A DNA stretch of 64,000 bases, from NCBI RefSeq assembly GCF_006345805.1, contig NC_043000.1, positions 67,394,001 through 67,458,000 of the forward strand. Reading direction: 5' to 3'. Positions 26,833-39,461 of the stretch are shown here, one piece after another. This DNA comes from Octopus sinensis. Its lineage: Eukaryota. The translations under genes were made by a program, and so were the position numbers. Positions within the stretch are counted from its first letter, which is position 1, and each line of letters starts with the position of its first letter. The notes under the pieces are model-generated. The model saw only the letters and a program-made list of their open reading frames with translations, ran no database searches and had not been told where the DNA came from.

Positions 26833-28112
26833 TAAATTTCTATTTAATTATAGCTGATTATTTCTCACACTTCATACCGTACAGAGAGGGAGAGAGAGAG
26901 AGAGCATAAGAGGTGCTGCATGTGTCTTAGAACTTTCTGAAAATACATATACATTTTTTAAATGAAATTTTGTTGTGGATTGCGATTATGTTGATAAATT
27001 TTTTTTTTAAATCAACGTATATTTATTGCAAATATACAACGAAAAATTTTCTTTTTTCAAATTTCACTTTTAGGTAATAAATATCTTACTTTTGAAAATT
27101 GGCATTCATTTCATTATTTTGTATGAAGAAATTATGATTATTGTATGTGTGCCTTATTTCTTGGTATTATCCAGATGGCAAAAGTATACTTGCGAAGTTA
27201 CTCGTCAAACGTACGTGTATATCAAAACAATTCAATTATGAGCCATCCTCTGCAATTAATTAAGTCTCTTCGGGGTTTTTTTTCTCTCTCTTTATCTCTT
27301 ACCCTCTCTGTATCTTCTTAGACTTTTCCCAATACTTAAGGAGACTCGAACCAGTAGAGAGTCTACACGTCTACACCTCGCTCATCCTTCTAGAAACAAC
27401 AGCCAAACCTCCATGAAATCACAACCCAACTCAGTATTCTCAAACTTGATCTTCATTCACGGCAGACTTTAGAGTAAATAAAAAGTATTTTGCTTCTCTT
27501 TAAAACATGAAGTTTTTAAAATGTATTTTTAAAAATATTCCTATTGTTCAGTCTATAAATATAAATCAAACAATAGAAATGAATGAAGTAAAGTTGCCAA
27601 AACTTTTGTAATTAGAATTTCAGTTGATATTTTTTTGATTTTCGAAATATAATTTTAATATTTTCGCAGCGACAAACTAGCGTATCGCGCCAAACCATTT
27701 GTGAACACTACTTTATTGCCTTGTGTTTCCTTATATACAAAAAGATGGGATGGTCACGCCTAGAACACATTTAATAAGGGTTGACTTGAGCTAACAAACA
27801 CCAGCGGCAGCAGCAGCAGTAGCAGCAGCAGCAGCGGTAACAGCAGCGGCAACAACAGCGGCAGAAGCAGCGACAGCATCCTGGTCCTGTCACGAATAAA
27901 TTTAGCAGCTATTTCTAGCAGGTCAATAGACGTGCTAGAAATAGCAGAAACTCAATCCTTTTCTCTCTATTTCACTGCTGCTGTTGTTTCAGAATTCCAT
28001 TCCTCTTCGCTGTTAATTTGTAAGATTTATTATTCTTATTTTAATTTCAATTCAAATTAATAACTTGATTTTTTAAAGAGCTTTTTCCCCCGTTAATAAA
28101 GCATGCGAGCTT

Positions 28113-28356
28113 ACTGAGAGAGAGAGAGAGGGGGAGAGGGGGAGAGAGAGAGCGAAAGAGAGAGTGCGTGTGTGTGTGAGAGAGAGAGTGTGTGAGTGTG
28201 TGTGTGACAGAGTGTGTGAGAGACTGTATGTGTAAGAGAGAGAGAGAGTGAGTGTGTGTGTGCGAGAGAGAGAGAGAGAGTGAGTGAGTGTGTGTGTGTG
28301 CGAGAGAGAGAGAGAGAGAGAGAGAGTGAGTGTGTGTGTGCGTGAGAGAGAGAGAG

Positions 28357-28392
<36 letters not shown>

Positions 28393-28428
28393 CGAGAGTC
28401 TGTGTGTGTGTGTGTGTGTGTGTGCGTG

Positions 28429-28470
<42 letters not shown>
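28113..28470. repeat. Compound (GA)n/(GT)n microsatellite
   Basis: Direct inspection. Confidence 0.97.
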
Positions 28471-28471
<1 letters not shown>

Positions 28472-29099
28472 ATTGAGTGGTGCAACTTATCCTAACAGTT
28501 TTTCTCCTTCTTTCCTTCTTGTCTCAGCGAGTTTCGCAGTAAAATAGACAAAAATAGAATAATAGATTCGAGACAGGGAGCATCAACGTGATAGTTGGCT
28601 TGCTAGAAATAACTGTTAAATTTCCTTCAAATTATGACTCTGCATTCTTAATTTTAAAAAAACAGGAACCACACTGGATGATGTCCCCTAAATACATAAT
28701 GTCTAAAGGAGAGACTGGATGATCATAGTTACAAGGCTTTTGATTATAGAGAGCTGCAGCTGCCAAAATCTGGCCTGGCTGAGAATCAAACAATAATAAC
28801 AATAATAACGCCGCGGCGGCGGCGGCGGCGGAGGCGACAACGACGACGAAGAGGACTACGACAGTAACGATAACAACAATAAAGATTTTCACTAATACAA
28901 ACCAAAACATATCTCAACCTTGAATGAATAACGAGTTCACGGAATATGGTAAAACTTTAACTGATGTGAGGATTAGAAAGTGTAACACACTTTATACATC
29001 ACACCGCGCCAAAATACAAAACAAAACAAAAAACCTGAAAATTTCTCAAAACAAGCAATCTAAATTAGTTTCCTCTATCCTAGCGTCCGCAGATCAGCG

Positions 29100-30250
29100 A
29101 CCATTACCCATACTCTTTAGTATTATGCAGACCACATGATCTATATTAGTGTCATGCTACTCTCTATATTCCAATTTGGCGCATAACTTGTATCTACTCG
29201 CCCTACCACTCATCGTTCTCTGTCTCACCTGAATTTCAGCCACAAATTTCTTTTCTTCCGACTCGAAGTTTCTCTTCCCTATCCCTCAGGATTCAACTTT
29301 GGTTTCTGCTGCTCTTCCATATATCTTCAGTTACAATGCAATGTTTCGCTTCCTGCAAGACTACTGCAACGCCTACAAATACTATCGTTAGAAAAGCAAA
29401 CTTTCCCGCCTACCAGATTGCATCAGAATCTGCAGCCTTACCAAGAGAGTCTCACCAAAGATAGCTATTAGCAGCACTCCTGCAGACAAACCCTCCGCAT
29501 TTGCTACCTGTTTCACCTCTAACTCGACTCTATACACGTTCAACGAAACTCCTAACAAACGAACCTTCTCCACGTTCCCCACACCTCCACTCTCACAACG
29601 ACATTATTGTTTCGTGCGGCTAGTCACAACGGCTTCACTTACATCATCTTCAAACGGTGCATTATAGACTTAATTCCTGCCCTCGCCAAACTTTTCAGTC
29701 TCTCTCTCTCACCCTCTCTCTCGCCCTCTCTCTCGCTGTCTCTCCCCCTCTCTCACACACACATACATACATATACACATACGCACACATGCACATACAT
29801 ACTTCTTTATGTATGCATAAATGTAATTCTTTTCCCTACTAAATTGTACTTCATATTCAAGGCTCTGATGAAGCTATAAGGCGTTACACAGACACTCAAA
29901 TATGAGTCTACTGCCTCCTATAGCAGAAACAGCGGTAAGCTAATGAAGTTCATAATATAATCGTTTATTCCTTTGTTATTTCATTTTATTACGTTTGTAT
30001 GTGTGTATATATATATACACATACCCCTTGGAAATACACCACAGTACACCACAAGAAGTACCATCTTTCTGACATTGCCAACTACAACTCTATTGCTCGC
30101 ACTTCCAGTAGCTGAAAAGCAATAAAATCAACCACCCTTTTGTGAAAACTATATCTCCTTCTCACAGGTGATTACCCGTATGCCCTACTAAGGACCACAT
30201 CACCTGGAGACTTGCTTTCCTGTTCATTTACCCGTGATCAATCGCCCTTG
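29100..30250 (+). mobile_element. Decayed CR1/Jockey-like LINE RT, interrupted at ~29700-30040
   Basis: NGFTYIIFKRCIIDLIPALAKLFSLS resembles GPDGI..IVLK.C..EL...L.KLF, and KKYHLSDIANYNSIARTS resembles SNYRPIALTS. Confidence 0.55.
29861..29941 (+). ncRNA. Type I hammerhead ribozyme-like motif
   Basis: GGCT-CTGATGA-A-GCTATA...TATAGC-A-GAAA-C-AGCG-G-TA-AGCT: all core nucleotides are present and stems I and II can pair; stem III is minimal. Confidence 0.65.
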
Positions 30251-30289
30251 AGAACTTATGTATCATTAATATGTATTATTTTGTAGTTG

Positions 30290-32330
30290 ACATTAGCGAA
30301 GTCTTTCACTGCGAATGATATGAGGACCTCCAAGCTGACCACCTAAGATCTGTATGTGTGCAGATTTCTTGCGTCGAGGTGGATCTCACTATTGTTAAGA
30401 GTGTCGTTGGGAGTTCTCTCCTATCTTTTTTCTATTAACTCTGATGACCTTGGGTTCGGTAAAATTTCATTCAAGAGCACGACATTCCCCGTTACTTGGA
30501 CACATATCCTGTTATATTATCCAGAAGTCAATGTGTCGAATAACTGAACAATAACTATCAGGTCATCCCATAAGTTCTGTCCGAATTTTGAATAAAGAAA
30601 ACAAGTGATCAAATGTTATATTGAATTGAAATTTAATCATCAATGTATTTTCCCTGATTATCTATGACTTCCTTCCATCTATTTACAAGCTTTTTAATCC
30701 CATCAATGTAAAATTCTTTTGGTTTCAAAGCGAAGAACTCTAAAATGTCAGTTTCGACCTCCCCTGGCTTGCGAAAGTTATGTCCCCCAAATGATTCTGT
30801 AAACTACGAAACAAATGGTAGTCTGAAGGAGCAAGGTCGGGAGAATAAGGTGGATAAGGAATTTTTTCCCAACCAAGCTCTTCGATCTTCTGTGATGTGA
30901 TCTTTACAGTGTGAGGTCGCGCATTGTCCTGATGAAACATCACTCCTTTTCGATTCACTAAAGCGTATCTTTTTTTCTTTAAAGCTTGGTTCAAACGCTC
31001 TAATTGCTGACAGTAGACTTGAGTATTGATTGTTGCATTAGGTAGTATCAATTCAAAGTTTGCAATCCCACCAGATAGAGAGAAGAACCTTTTTTCCATG
31101 AAGTTCCCTTCACGGTTGTGGTTGAGCTTTTTCCCTTTTCCCAAGCCACTGTTTACGACGTTTAACATTTCGATAGAAGATCCATTTTTCGTCACCAGTC
31201 ACAAGTCTATCCGAAAAGGGGGAAATGAGTTCACGAGAATGGAGAGAAGAGCAAATGTCAACTCGGGATTTGCGGTTGCTTTCAGACAATTCATGAGGCA
31301 CCCATTTTCCAAGTTTAGGAACTTTTCCAAGTTGTTGAAGATAATGATGAACAGTTGTATGGTTCGAACTAAACTTTATTGCCAATTCTTCAACTGATAA
31401 TGCAGGATTTTCTTCAAGTAATGCCACTCAACTGGACGTCCTGTTCGATCTTCATCTTCAAGGCTGAAATCTCCACTTCTGAATTTTGCTAACCATCTTC
31501 TGCAAGTTCTTTCATTCAAGCATTCTTTCCCATAAACTGATTGTGTGTTTCGAGTCGCTTCGGCTGCAGAGTTTCCTTTTTTGTGCTCATAAAGCATTAT
31601 GTGCCTTAAATGCTCTTTGGATACTTCCATGTTAGAAAGGGTTTTAATCAAAGAAATTGTAATTCTATTAGACATTCTAAAATACTATTAAATTTCATTC
31701 AATTTTAAAAAAAGGAAATTCGGACAGAACTTATGGGATGACCTGATATTTGGATACCTCTTTATTTAGGTTTCATGTGTAACCCTACTGGGTTATATTA
31801 CGTGTACCTTTGATAAGTTCATTTCATGATCTCTTAACACATACTGAACATATCTAGCCAGAGGTTTTCAACTTCACCTTGATTTTCTGACATTTAGTAC
31901 TGCTTATTTCCGATGACCTACCTAAACCGATATTTCTCACTTTGGCAGTTGTGATAATTATCGAAGATTCCACATCCGTTGGTTTCAACTCAATCTTTTG
32001 AAGATGACCACAGAATAGGTTTGGCAATAGAAGCGCTAGTTTATCGGAATTACTTTCTTCTCGGACATTTTCTGAACCCAGGGCATTTGTCAATAGTTTG
32101 CTTTTCATTTGAATCCTAACTTCGGTTGTGTTGCTTTTACCATTTATTTTTGATTTTTGATTTTCACTGGATTTTGTCTACTCTTGGATTGATCTTCTTA
32201 TGAGGGTACAGTCTTTTTTAGTTCAGTAATAATTTTACTGGGTTATACATCTAACAAACCTTAGTTTTCTAGCAAGTTCTTCCACTAAGATCAAAATATT
32301 CCAGACATACCCTCATATTTCTTCAAGCGA
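30290..32330 (-). mobile_element. Very decayed PLE RT split by the mariner insertion
   Basis: VLRDHEMN..VI*PS near 31790-31840 resembles LKDHK..F..CRLINP; weak similarity on both sides of the mariner. Confidence 0.3.
30558..31746 (-). mobile_element. Mariner transposon with both ends intact and a frameshifted DD34D transposase
   Basis: Perfect 31-bp TIRs TCAGGTCATCCCATAAGTTCTGTCCGAATTT, TA duplication on both sides, and WVPHEL, VTGDEKW, HQDNARPH and YSPDLAPSDY spread over three frames. Confidence 0.97.
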
Positions 32331-32344
32331 TATGTACACGATAT

Positions 32345-33110
32345 GTACAAGTTCCCGCTGTTTTCTTAAAAGTTAAATTTTTAAAAAGGTTTAATCAAAA
32401 AAAATAACAACTAATTAATCAATAATGTATTCACCCTTGTTATTTACAACTTCTTCCGAACGTTCAATTAGATTTTCAATACCTCGTTGGTAGAAATCAC
32501 CCGATTTCGACTCGAAAAATTGATCCAACCAAGCTTTCAATTCTGCATCAGTATTGAACGAAACTCCGCGCATAGTATTTGAAAGAGATCGAAAGAGGAA
32601 ATCTGTTGGTGCCAAATCAAGAAAGTACGGCGTGTGTGGCAGCACTTCCCAGTCATGCATTTGAATGGTTTCCTTGGTCTATTGGCGATATGAGAACGTG
32701 CATTGTCGTGCAGCAGCAGAACTCCATGCTGACGATTAGGTCTTTTCTCTTGAATAGCCGTGTTGAGTCGTTCTATTTGTCGAACATAGAGTTCCGCGTT
32801 GACCGTTTGGTTCTGTTCAGGCAATTCTTAATGCATAATTCCTTCCCAGTCCCACCATATGCACAACATCGCTTTACGCGGATGAAGATCTTATTTCACA
32901 TGCGGTGTCGCTTGTATACTGGGGATAAGCCATTCCTTATGCTGCTTCGTATTGATGTGCATGCATCATTTTTTCTTCGCCAGTAACGATTCGGTAAAGA
33001 AATCGTTTACTGTGTCCATGAGTTGAGTGGTAACGAGCAAGCAAACCAACGGAGATTGTGGCTCGTTGATTTTTGTTGTTGTGACTTAAAACATGCGGAA
33101 CCCAATTAAT
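32345..33110 (-). mobile_element. Truncated mariner, second family
   Basis: WVPH near 33095, LLLHDNARSH, HTPYFLDLAPTDFLFRSL, C-terminal GIENLIERSEEVVNNKGEYIID. Confidence 0.9.
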
Positions 33111-33914
33111 GATCTGAAAATAAACAAAAATTAACTAAAATTAACTAGAAAAAAAAAACAAAATTGATTCCAAAATGATTCAAAAATAGAATTCTCGAAA
33201 AAAATAGATTCCAAAATTTAAAAACGCAATAAATTCCAAAACTTAAAAAAAAACAGAGGGAACTTAGTTGCCAACTCAATACATTACACAATGTGTAAGA
33301 TATGATGGGGGAAGGGGAAGATTTAGTTACTATTTCTAGCCGATCAAAATGACCACATAGACGCTCCTGAAACTGCATATCATAATCTATTAATAGTTGT
33401 GTTGATTCAAACTGTCTATCATAATCTAATAATAGCTGTGTTGTGAGGTATCAAAAATAGACATGGCTCTAGTTACAATAGGCTTACATACCGTTATCAT
33501 GCCAGCTCCAAAATTAATCTTAAGTGTTTAGTAATAGTATACCACCTGTAATCTGAATGCTCGTACTTGTTCTGCTAATATTTATTTTACACATGAGAAC
33601 TCAGGTATGTAGGAAAGTCAGCTAGATTCAGAATCACAGTTTAGGATTTTCCATATATCTCTGAGCTGTTTCTCTTGAACCCTCATCAATTCGGAGAGTG
33701 TTTAACCACTTTTAGCCTGCGTGTCGGGCAACCTGTATATATTTTGTTTTGTTTTTTCTTTATAGTTCGGCAGTCAAAATGCTTTGTGATATTTAATTAC
33801 CTGTCTTAATGACTGAGTTGAATTCCTACCGATAATGGCTTTAGCTTCTCTCTTTTCAGTAGTACTAATCAAGAACTGAGGACGGTATAGCTGATTATGC
33901 CTCTTTGCCACAGT

Positions 33915-34100
33915 ACGCCGGACAAAATGCTTAGCGGCATTTTGTCCGTCTGCACCGTCTGAGTTCAAATTCCGCCGATGTCTGTTTTGCCTTTCATCAT
34001 TTCGGGGTCGATAAAATAAGTACCAGTTGAACACTGGGATCGATGTAATCGATTCATCCCCTCCCCCCAAATTGCTGCCCATGTGGCAAAATTTGAAACC
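33915..34100 (+). mobile_element. SINE family A ending in an (ATC)/(ATT) tail
   Basis: GAGTTCAAATTCCGCCGA..GCCTTTCATCATTTCGGGGTCGATAAAATAAGTACCAG..AAATTTGAAACC(ATC)n. Confidence 0.85.
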
Positions 34101-34134
34101 ATCATCATCATCATCATCATCATCATCATTATTA

Positions 34135-34480
34135 TGATTATTTTTATTTGATGCAAACTCACGGCTTATTTTCTTGGGTATGATGGAAAGTGTTAGCTGT
34201 CCACGGCCAGCAGACTAAGGTAACACTTGTTTACTACTCATGCTTCAAGAACCCCGCGAAGACTTCTTGCAGTTCCAAGCAATGCTGATTTTTGTAGGTG
34301 TCCTACCTTTGCATTTGTACCAATCCTTTTGAGGCATAATGGTAGTTGAGTGATGATACTTCCTGGTGCGCCATTTCCTGTTGGTACCACGTCAACTCTC
34401 TTCATTGACCGCAAACTTCGTATTTCTCACTTGAAATTGTCATAGTTGTTCAGTCTTTTTCCTCTTCAAATCGTCATATT
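34135..34480 (-). mobile_element. R4/Dong-like 3' fragment
   Basis: EIRSLRSMKRVDVVP..GAPGSI...HLQKSALLGTARSLRGVLEA*, then a short 3' UTR running into AAT/GAT repeats. Confidence 0.8.
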
Positions 34481-34544
34481 ATTATTATTCGTTATATTGT
34501 TGTTGTTGTTGTTGTTGTTATTGTTGTTGTTATTATTATTATTA

Positions 34545-34575
<31 letters not shown>

Positions 34576-34597
34576 ATTATTATTATTATTATTATTA

Positions 34598-34655
<58 letters not shown>

Positions 34656-34656
<1 letters not shown>

Positions 34657-35207
34657 GAGTGCGTGAGAGAGCAGTGCATGCCATCAAAGTGACACTGGGG
34701 CAAAATATACGAAGCCCAGTATACCCATCATGACTACCCGTCTGATAAGGGTACACTAGGCACATGCATCACAACCATATGTGCGCGACATGGTGATCTC
34801 ATATCAAGATAAACAGCACATGACCTTGCAGGTGGGGCCCAGTTAGAATTTTCTTCTGGTCGATTAACCCATCCCACTCAAAAGGTCCCTGAATAAGAGT
34901 TGTTTAAGGTTGTTGAACGAAACACCAATGTTTCCAGAGGTGAAACCCCAAAGAATCCCTCTCAACACATGGCTATGATGCTCCCCAACTACTTCTGCTC
35001 ATGATCAGAGATGCACATATCGTCAGCCACTAAGGGACATGCTCAACTGGTTATGGTCAAACAACTGACAAGCAAATCTGTGGTATTGAGCAGAATATTT
35101 GCTGTAGCCCGTCTTTTATACCAAGACAAAACAATGTACATGATAACACTTCCAATCAGTTAAGATCAGCAGCCACGAGAGCCACTGCCTGGTACTGTAT
35201 CAGGGCA
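34656..35207 (-). mobile_element. Non-coding retroposed element, family D, copy 1 (longest)
   Basis: Closely similar to 35924-36415 and 62572-62919; all share the end ..GCATGCACTGCTCTCTCA(..)CTCA-(AAT)n or a close variant. Confidence 0.75.
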
Positions 35208-35848
35208 TTTTCCAGTGCCCGAGTATTGCTGAACTATGGGTTTCTGTCGAACAGCTACTGTCACGTATAGGACGGACACGGCTATCAGCTGAATCCATAG
35301 TGAAGACTGCCCCGCCGACCTCCTTTAACAAGGAGTGCAAGGCCGTTTTCCTGTGCCTAGTGGCTGTGGCGAAAGAGGTTGTATGGTGGACCCGTTTGAA
35401 AGGGCTAAAGTCAGACACTTTCCTCTTTGGTCAAGGCCACATCAACTTTTTCAAGTTTCACTTGAAAAGTAAGATGAGGTTAGAGAGGAGAGTGCTGTCT
35501 GATAGCAAGTTTTCTGAAAGGTGGGTGAATTGTGCAAGAATGGCCAGTATAAATGAACCAATTCTGAGGTTTCACCTGTAATTGAAAAAGGTATTATAAA
35601 AGGAGAAAGGGAATCTCTACCCCACTTTTGACCAGGCTCCCGTTGGCTTTTATGGGTTTTTCCACCAGGAACTTTTCGTAACGCCTCCCCCTATTGGGAG
35701 TTTTTCGTTGTTATATTATTTGATTGTTAAACTGTTTTTACACGATTTTTTCACAAACGGACAAAACCCTTTGTAACCTTTCGTCTTGTTTTGTCCCTTT
35801 ATGTTTTCTAATCATGTGTGTTAGCCCTTGTGGCCAATAAAAAGAATC
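35208..35848 (+). mobile_element. 5'-truncated Tx1/L1-like LINE 3' end
   Basis: CLVAVAKEVVWWTRLKG...FFKFHLKSKMRLERRVLSDSKFSERW C-terminus, T-rich 3' UTR, AATAAA at the end. Confidence 0.7.
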
Positions 35849-35923
<75 letters not shown>

Positions 35924-36415
35924 TGAGTGAGACAGCAGCGCATCCCATCAAAGTGACACTGGGGTACAAATATACGAAGATCAATATACCCGTCATGACT
36001 ACCAGTGTGATGAGGGTACATTTGGCACATGCATCACAAGCATATGTGCACAACATGGTGATCTCATATCAACATAAACAACGCATGACCTTGCAGGTGA
36101 GAGTCCAGTTAGAATTTTCTTCAGGTAAAGTAGACTATCCTGCTCAAAATCTCCCTGATAAGGTTTGTTTAAGGATCAACAAAACACCCATGTTTCCAGA
36201 GGTGAATTATTCAAACCCCAAAGAATTCCTCTCAACACATGGTTATACTGCTCCCCCATTACTTCTGCTCGTGATCAGAGGTGCATATATTGTCAGCCAC
36301 TAAGAGACATGCGAAATTGATTAAGGTCAAACAACCGACATGCACATCTGTGATATTGAGCAGAATACTCGCTGCAGCCTATCTTTTGTACCAAGACAAA
36401 ACAATGTACATAACA
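35924..36415 (-). mobile_element. Family D element, copy 2
   Basis: Aligns with 34656-35150; flanked by (TTA)n and (ATC/ATT)n. Confidence 0.75.
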
Positions 36416-36417
36416 TT

Positions 36418-36518
<101 letters not shown>

Positions 36519-36585
36519 CATTATTATTATTATTTTTATTATCATTATTATTATTATTATTATCATTATTATTATTATTTCTTTA

Positions 36586-36624
<39 letters not shown>

Positions 36625-36712
36625 TATTATTATTATTATTATTACTATTATTATTATTATTATTATTATATTATTATTATTATTATTATTATTATCATCA
36701 TCATTATTATTA

Positions 36713-36771
<59 letters not shown>

Positions 36772-36776
<5 letters not shown>

Positions 36777-37673
36777 TAGTTTTATTTTTATAGCGTGCTT
36801 TCACTTCACTACCGAGCGCAGCTCTGTGTGCCTTGGGTATGTGCTGTGATTTGTTGTGATGCTCTGATGGTTATTGTATGGAAAGTGTTCTGCGTAGGAT
36901 GTGTGCAGTGCCTAGTAGTGCAATTTTCTGTATGTTATATGTGTTTGTAAGTCCTGGTGTTTTTGTTATGTATTTGTCTGAGTATTTTTTTATCATGCCT
37001 AATGCACCTACTATGATAGGAATTGTTTCTGTTTTTAGATTCCACATTCTGGTTACCTCTATTTCCAGGCCTTTGTATTTTGAAAGTTTCTCCATTTCTT
37101 TTAGAGAAACGTTGTCATCTGCCGGTATTGATACATCAATTAGAAAGCATTTATTTTCTTCATGATCTCTGACAACTATATCTGGTCTGTTGGCTTAATT
37201 TCTCTATCTGTGTGTTTCGGCATATCCCAGAGTATGGTTGCTTTCTCGTTTTCTGTGACCTTTTCTGGTGTGTGCCTATACCATCTTTTTTCTGTTGTTA
37301 TTCCATAATGTTGGCATAGCTTCCAGTGCATGTAGGTTCCAACTCTGTCATGTCTGTGAATATATTCCTTCTTAGCCAGGACTGGGCAGCCAGAGATAAT
37401 ATGATTTATTGTTTCTTGTCCATCTCCACATATTCTGCAGTTACTTGTTATATTTCTTTTCATTACATGTTTTTGGTAATTTCTGGTGGGGAGGCTTTGG
37501 TCTTGTGCTGCAATTAAAAATCCCTCTGTCTCTGCTTTGAGTCCTGAGCTTCTCAACCATTGCTGGGATTTTTCTTTGTCTATTTCTTTTGCGTTTAGTT
37601 TACTCCAATATTTACCATGAAGGGGCTTTTCTTGCCATCGTTTTATCATGGTTCGTTGCTGTTCTATTTTTAG

Positions 37674-37675
<2 letters not shown>
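36772..37675 (-). mobile_element. 5'-truncated R4/Dong-like retrotransposon in (AAT)n
   Basis: WQEKPLHGKY, ETEGFLIAAQDQ, CRICGDGQETINHIISGC, RHD, KYKGLEIEV, QKIALLGTAHILRR; (TTA)n on both sides. Confidence 0.95.
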
Positions 37676-37732
<57 letters not shown>

Positions 37733-37733
<1 letters not shown>

Positions 37734-39157
37734 TGAGACGTGATAGTCTCAGGCAAATTTCTACTGCATACACCTCCGCGTTACTGAGGTGAGTTCAGTA
37801 TTGTATTCTTGTTTCATTAAAAAAATGTTTTTGTTGGGGGCGTACAAACTCTTCTCGGTGTTGTATTGCCATGGAGCTCGTTTGCAATGTTTTGTTGTAT
37901 TAGTGTTTGTATTGTGTATTGTGTGTGTAATGCGAGTTATGTTCTTCTGTTGGGTATCCGACCTGTAGAGTAAATGTTGCGAGAGTTGTGCATCTTTTGA
38001 GATATTTGCCATGTAGAGTGTACCTTGTGTTTGTAGATTGTTATACTTGGGTTGTCCAATTGAATTGATAGTGTCTTGCATAAGGTGTGGGCTGTTTCTA
38101 GCAGGGCTATTTTGGGGGTATTGAGTAGTGTTGAGGGTTCAGATATAGCTTCTACGTTTTCATTCTTACGTTTTTTTTTTATCATACTCAATGCTCCAGC
38201 TATTGCTAGTATTGTTTTCGCATTCATTCTCATTAAATTCTCATTAAATGCTTCAATTTCGAGATCTTTGTACTTTGAAAATCTCTCCACCTCTTTTGGG
38301 CAATGTATTTTGGTCAGAAAGGCATGAAATGTCCATCTGTATGCAGGTATTTTTCGAATGCTTGATTATTATGCCTGGACAATTAGCTTTGATTTGTCAG
38401 TAGAAGAGATATATCTCAGATGATTGTGGCTTGGGTATTGTCACGTACATGTTTTTTGGCACATGTTTTTAACATTTTTTGTAAGTTTTCATGTTGCAGT
38501 CTTGGCATATTGTCCAGTGGATATGAGTGCTTACTCGGTCATGTCTGTATATATATTCAAATCTGACTAGAACTGGACAGCCAGAGATGATGTGGTCAAC
38601 TGTCTCACTGTGCTGGTTGCACATTCTGCATTTAGTGTAAGAGCTTGTTTTCATCAGAACTCAACTGGTACTTGTTTTATCGATCCCGAAAACATGAAAC
38701 AAAGTCAACCGCTGCGGCACCTGAACTCACAACATAAAACCGGAAGAAATGCTGCTAGGCATTTTGTCCGACAAGGTAACGATTCTGGCAGTTCACTTCC
38801 CTAACTATGGTCACTCCCGTCGATTTCGACGTATGAGTGTTTGAAGGAAAGGGTTTAAAAAGAAAAAGAAGTATTAAAGTAACCGAAGCTGCAACTATTT
38901 GCGACGGATGAGTAAATGTAATTTTGAGTCTAGGTGTGGATTTTACTATGAAGTCACAATGGGGATAATAATGATTATGATTTTGCCTGGGATTAGACAT
39001 ACGTGTCTGTTGACTGCAGGATATAATTCTTTTATTGTTTTGCTTCTTCAACTCAAACTGTTTAGATGCATCATGACACAATTTACGCCTCTCAGATCGT
39101 TCTAACCAAGATGTTAAATTAAGCTGTAGGGATTTTAGCGATTGTTTCAACTTGTCC
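37733..39157 (-). mobile_element. Decayed R4/Dong-like element interrupted by a family A SINE (~38655-38800)
   Basis: CRMCNQHSETVDHIISGCPVL..RHD, KYKDLEIE, KIALLETAHTL. Confidence 0.8.
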
Positions 39158-39169
39158 TTAATAATAATA

Positions 39170-39352
39170 ATGGCTTCAAATTTTGACTCAAGGGAAGCAG
39201 TTTTGGAGGAGGGGATAGTCGATTACATCGACCCCAGTACTTGACTGGTACTTAATTTATCGACCCCGAAAGGATGAAAGGCGAAGTCGACCACGGCGGA
39301 ATTTGAACTCAGAGCGTAACGGCAGACGAAATACCCCAAAGCATTTTGCCGG
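39170..39352 (-). mobile_element. SINE family A
   Basis: CTGGTACTTAATTTATCGACCCCGAAAGGATGAAAGGCGAAGTCGAC..GGAATTTGAACTCAGA. Confidence 0.85.
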
Positions 39353-39367
39353 GTAATAATAATAATG

Positions 39368-39456
<89 letters not shown>

Positions 39457-39461
<5 letters not shown>

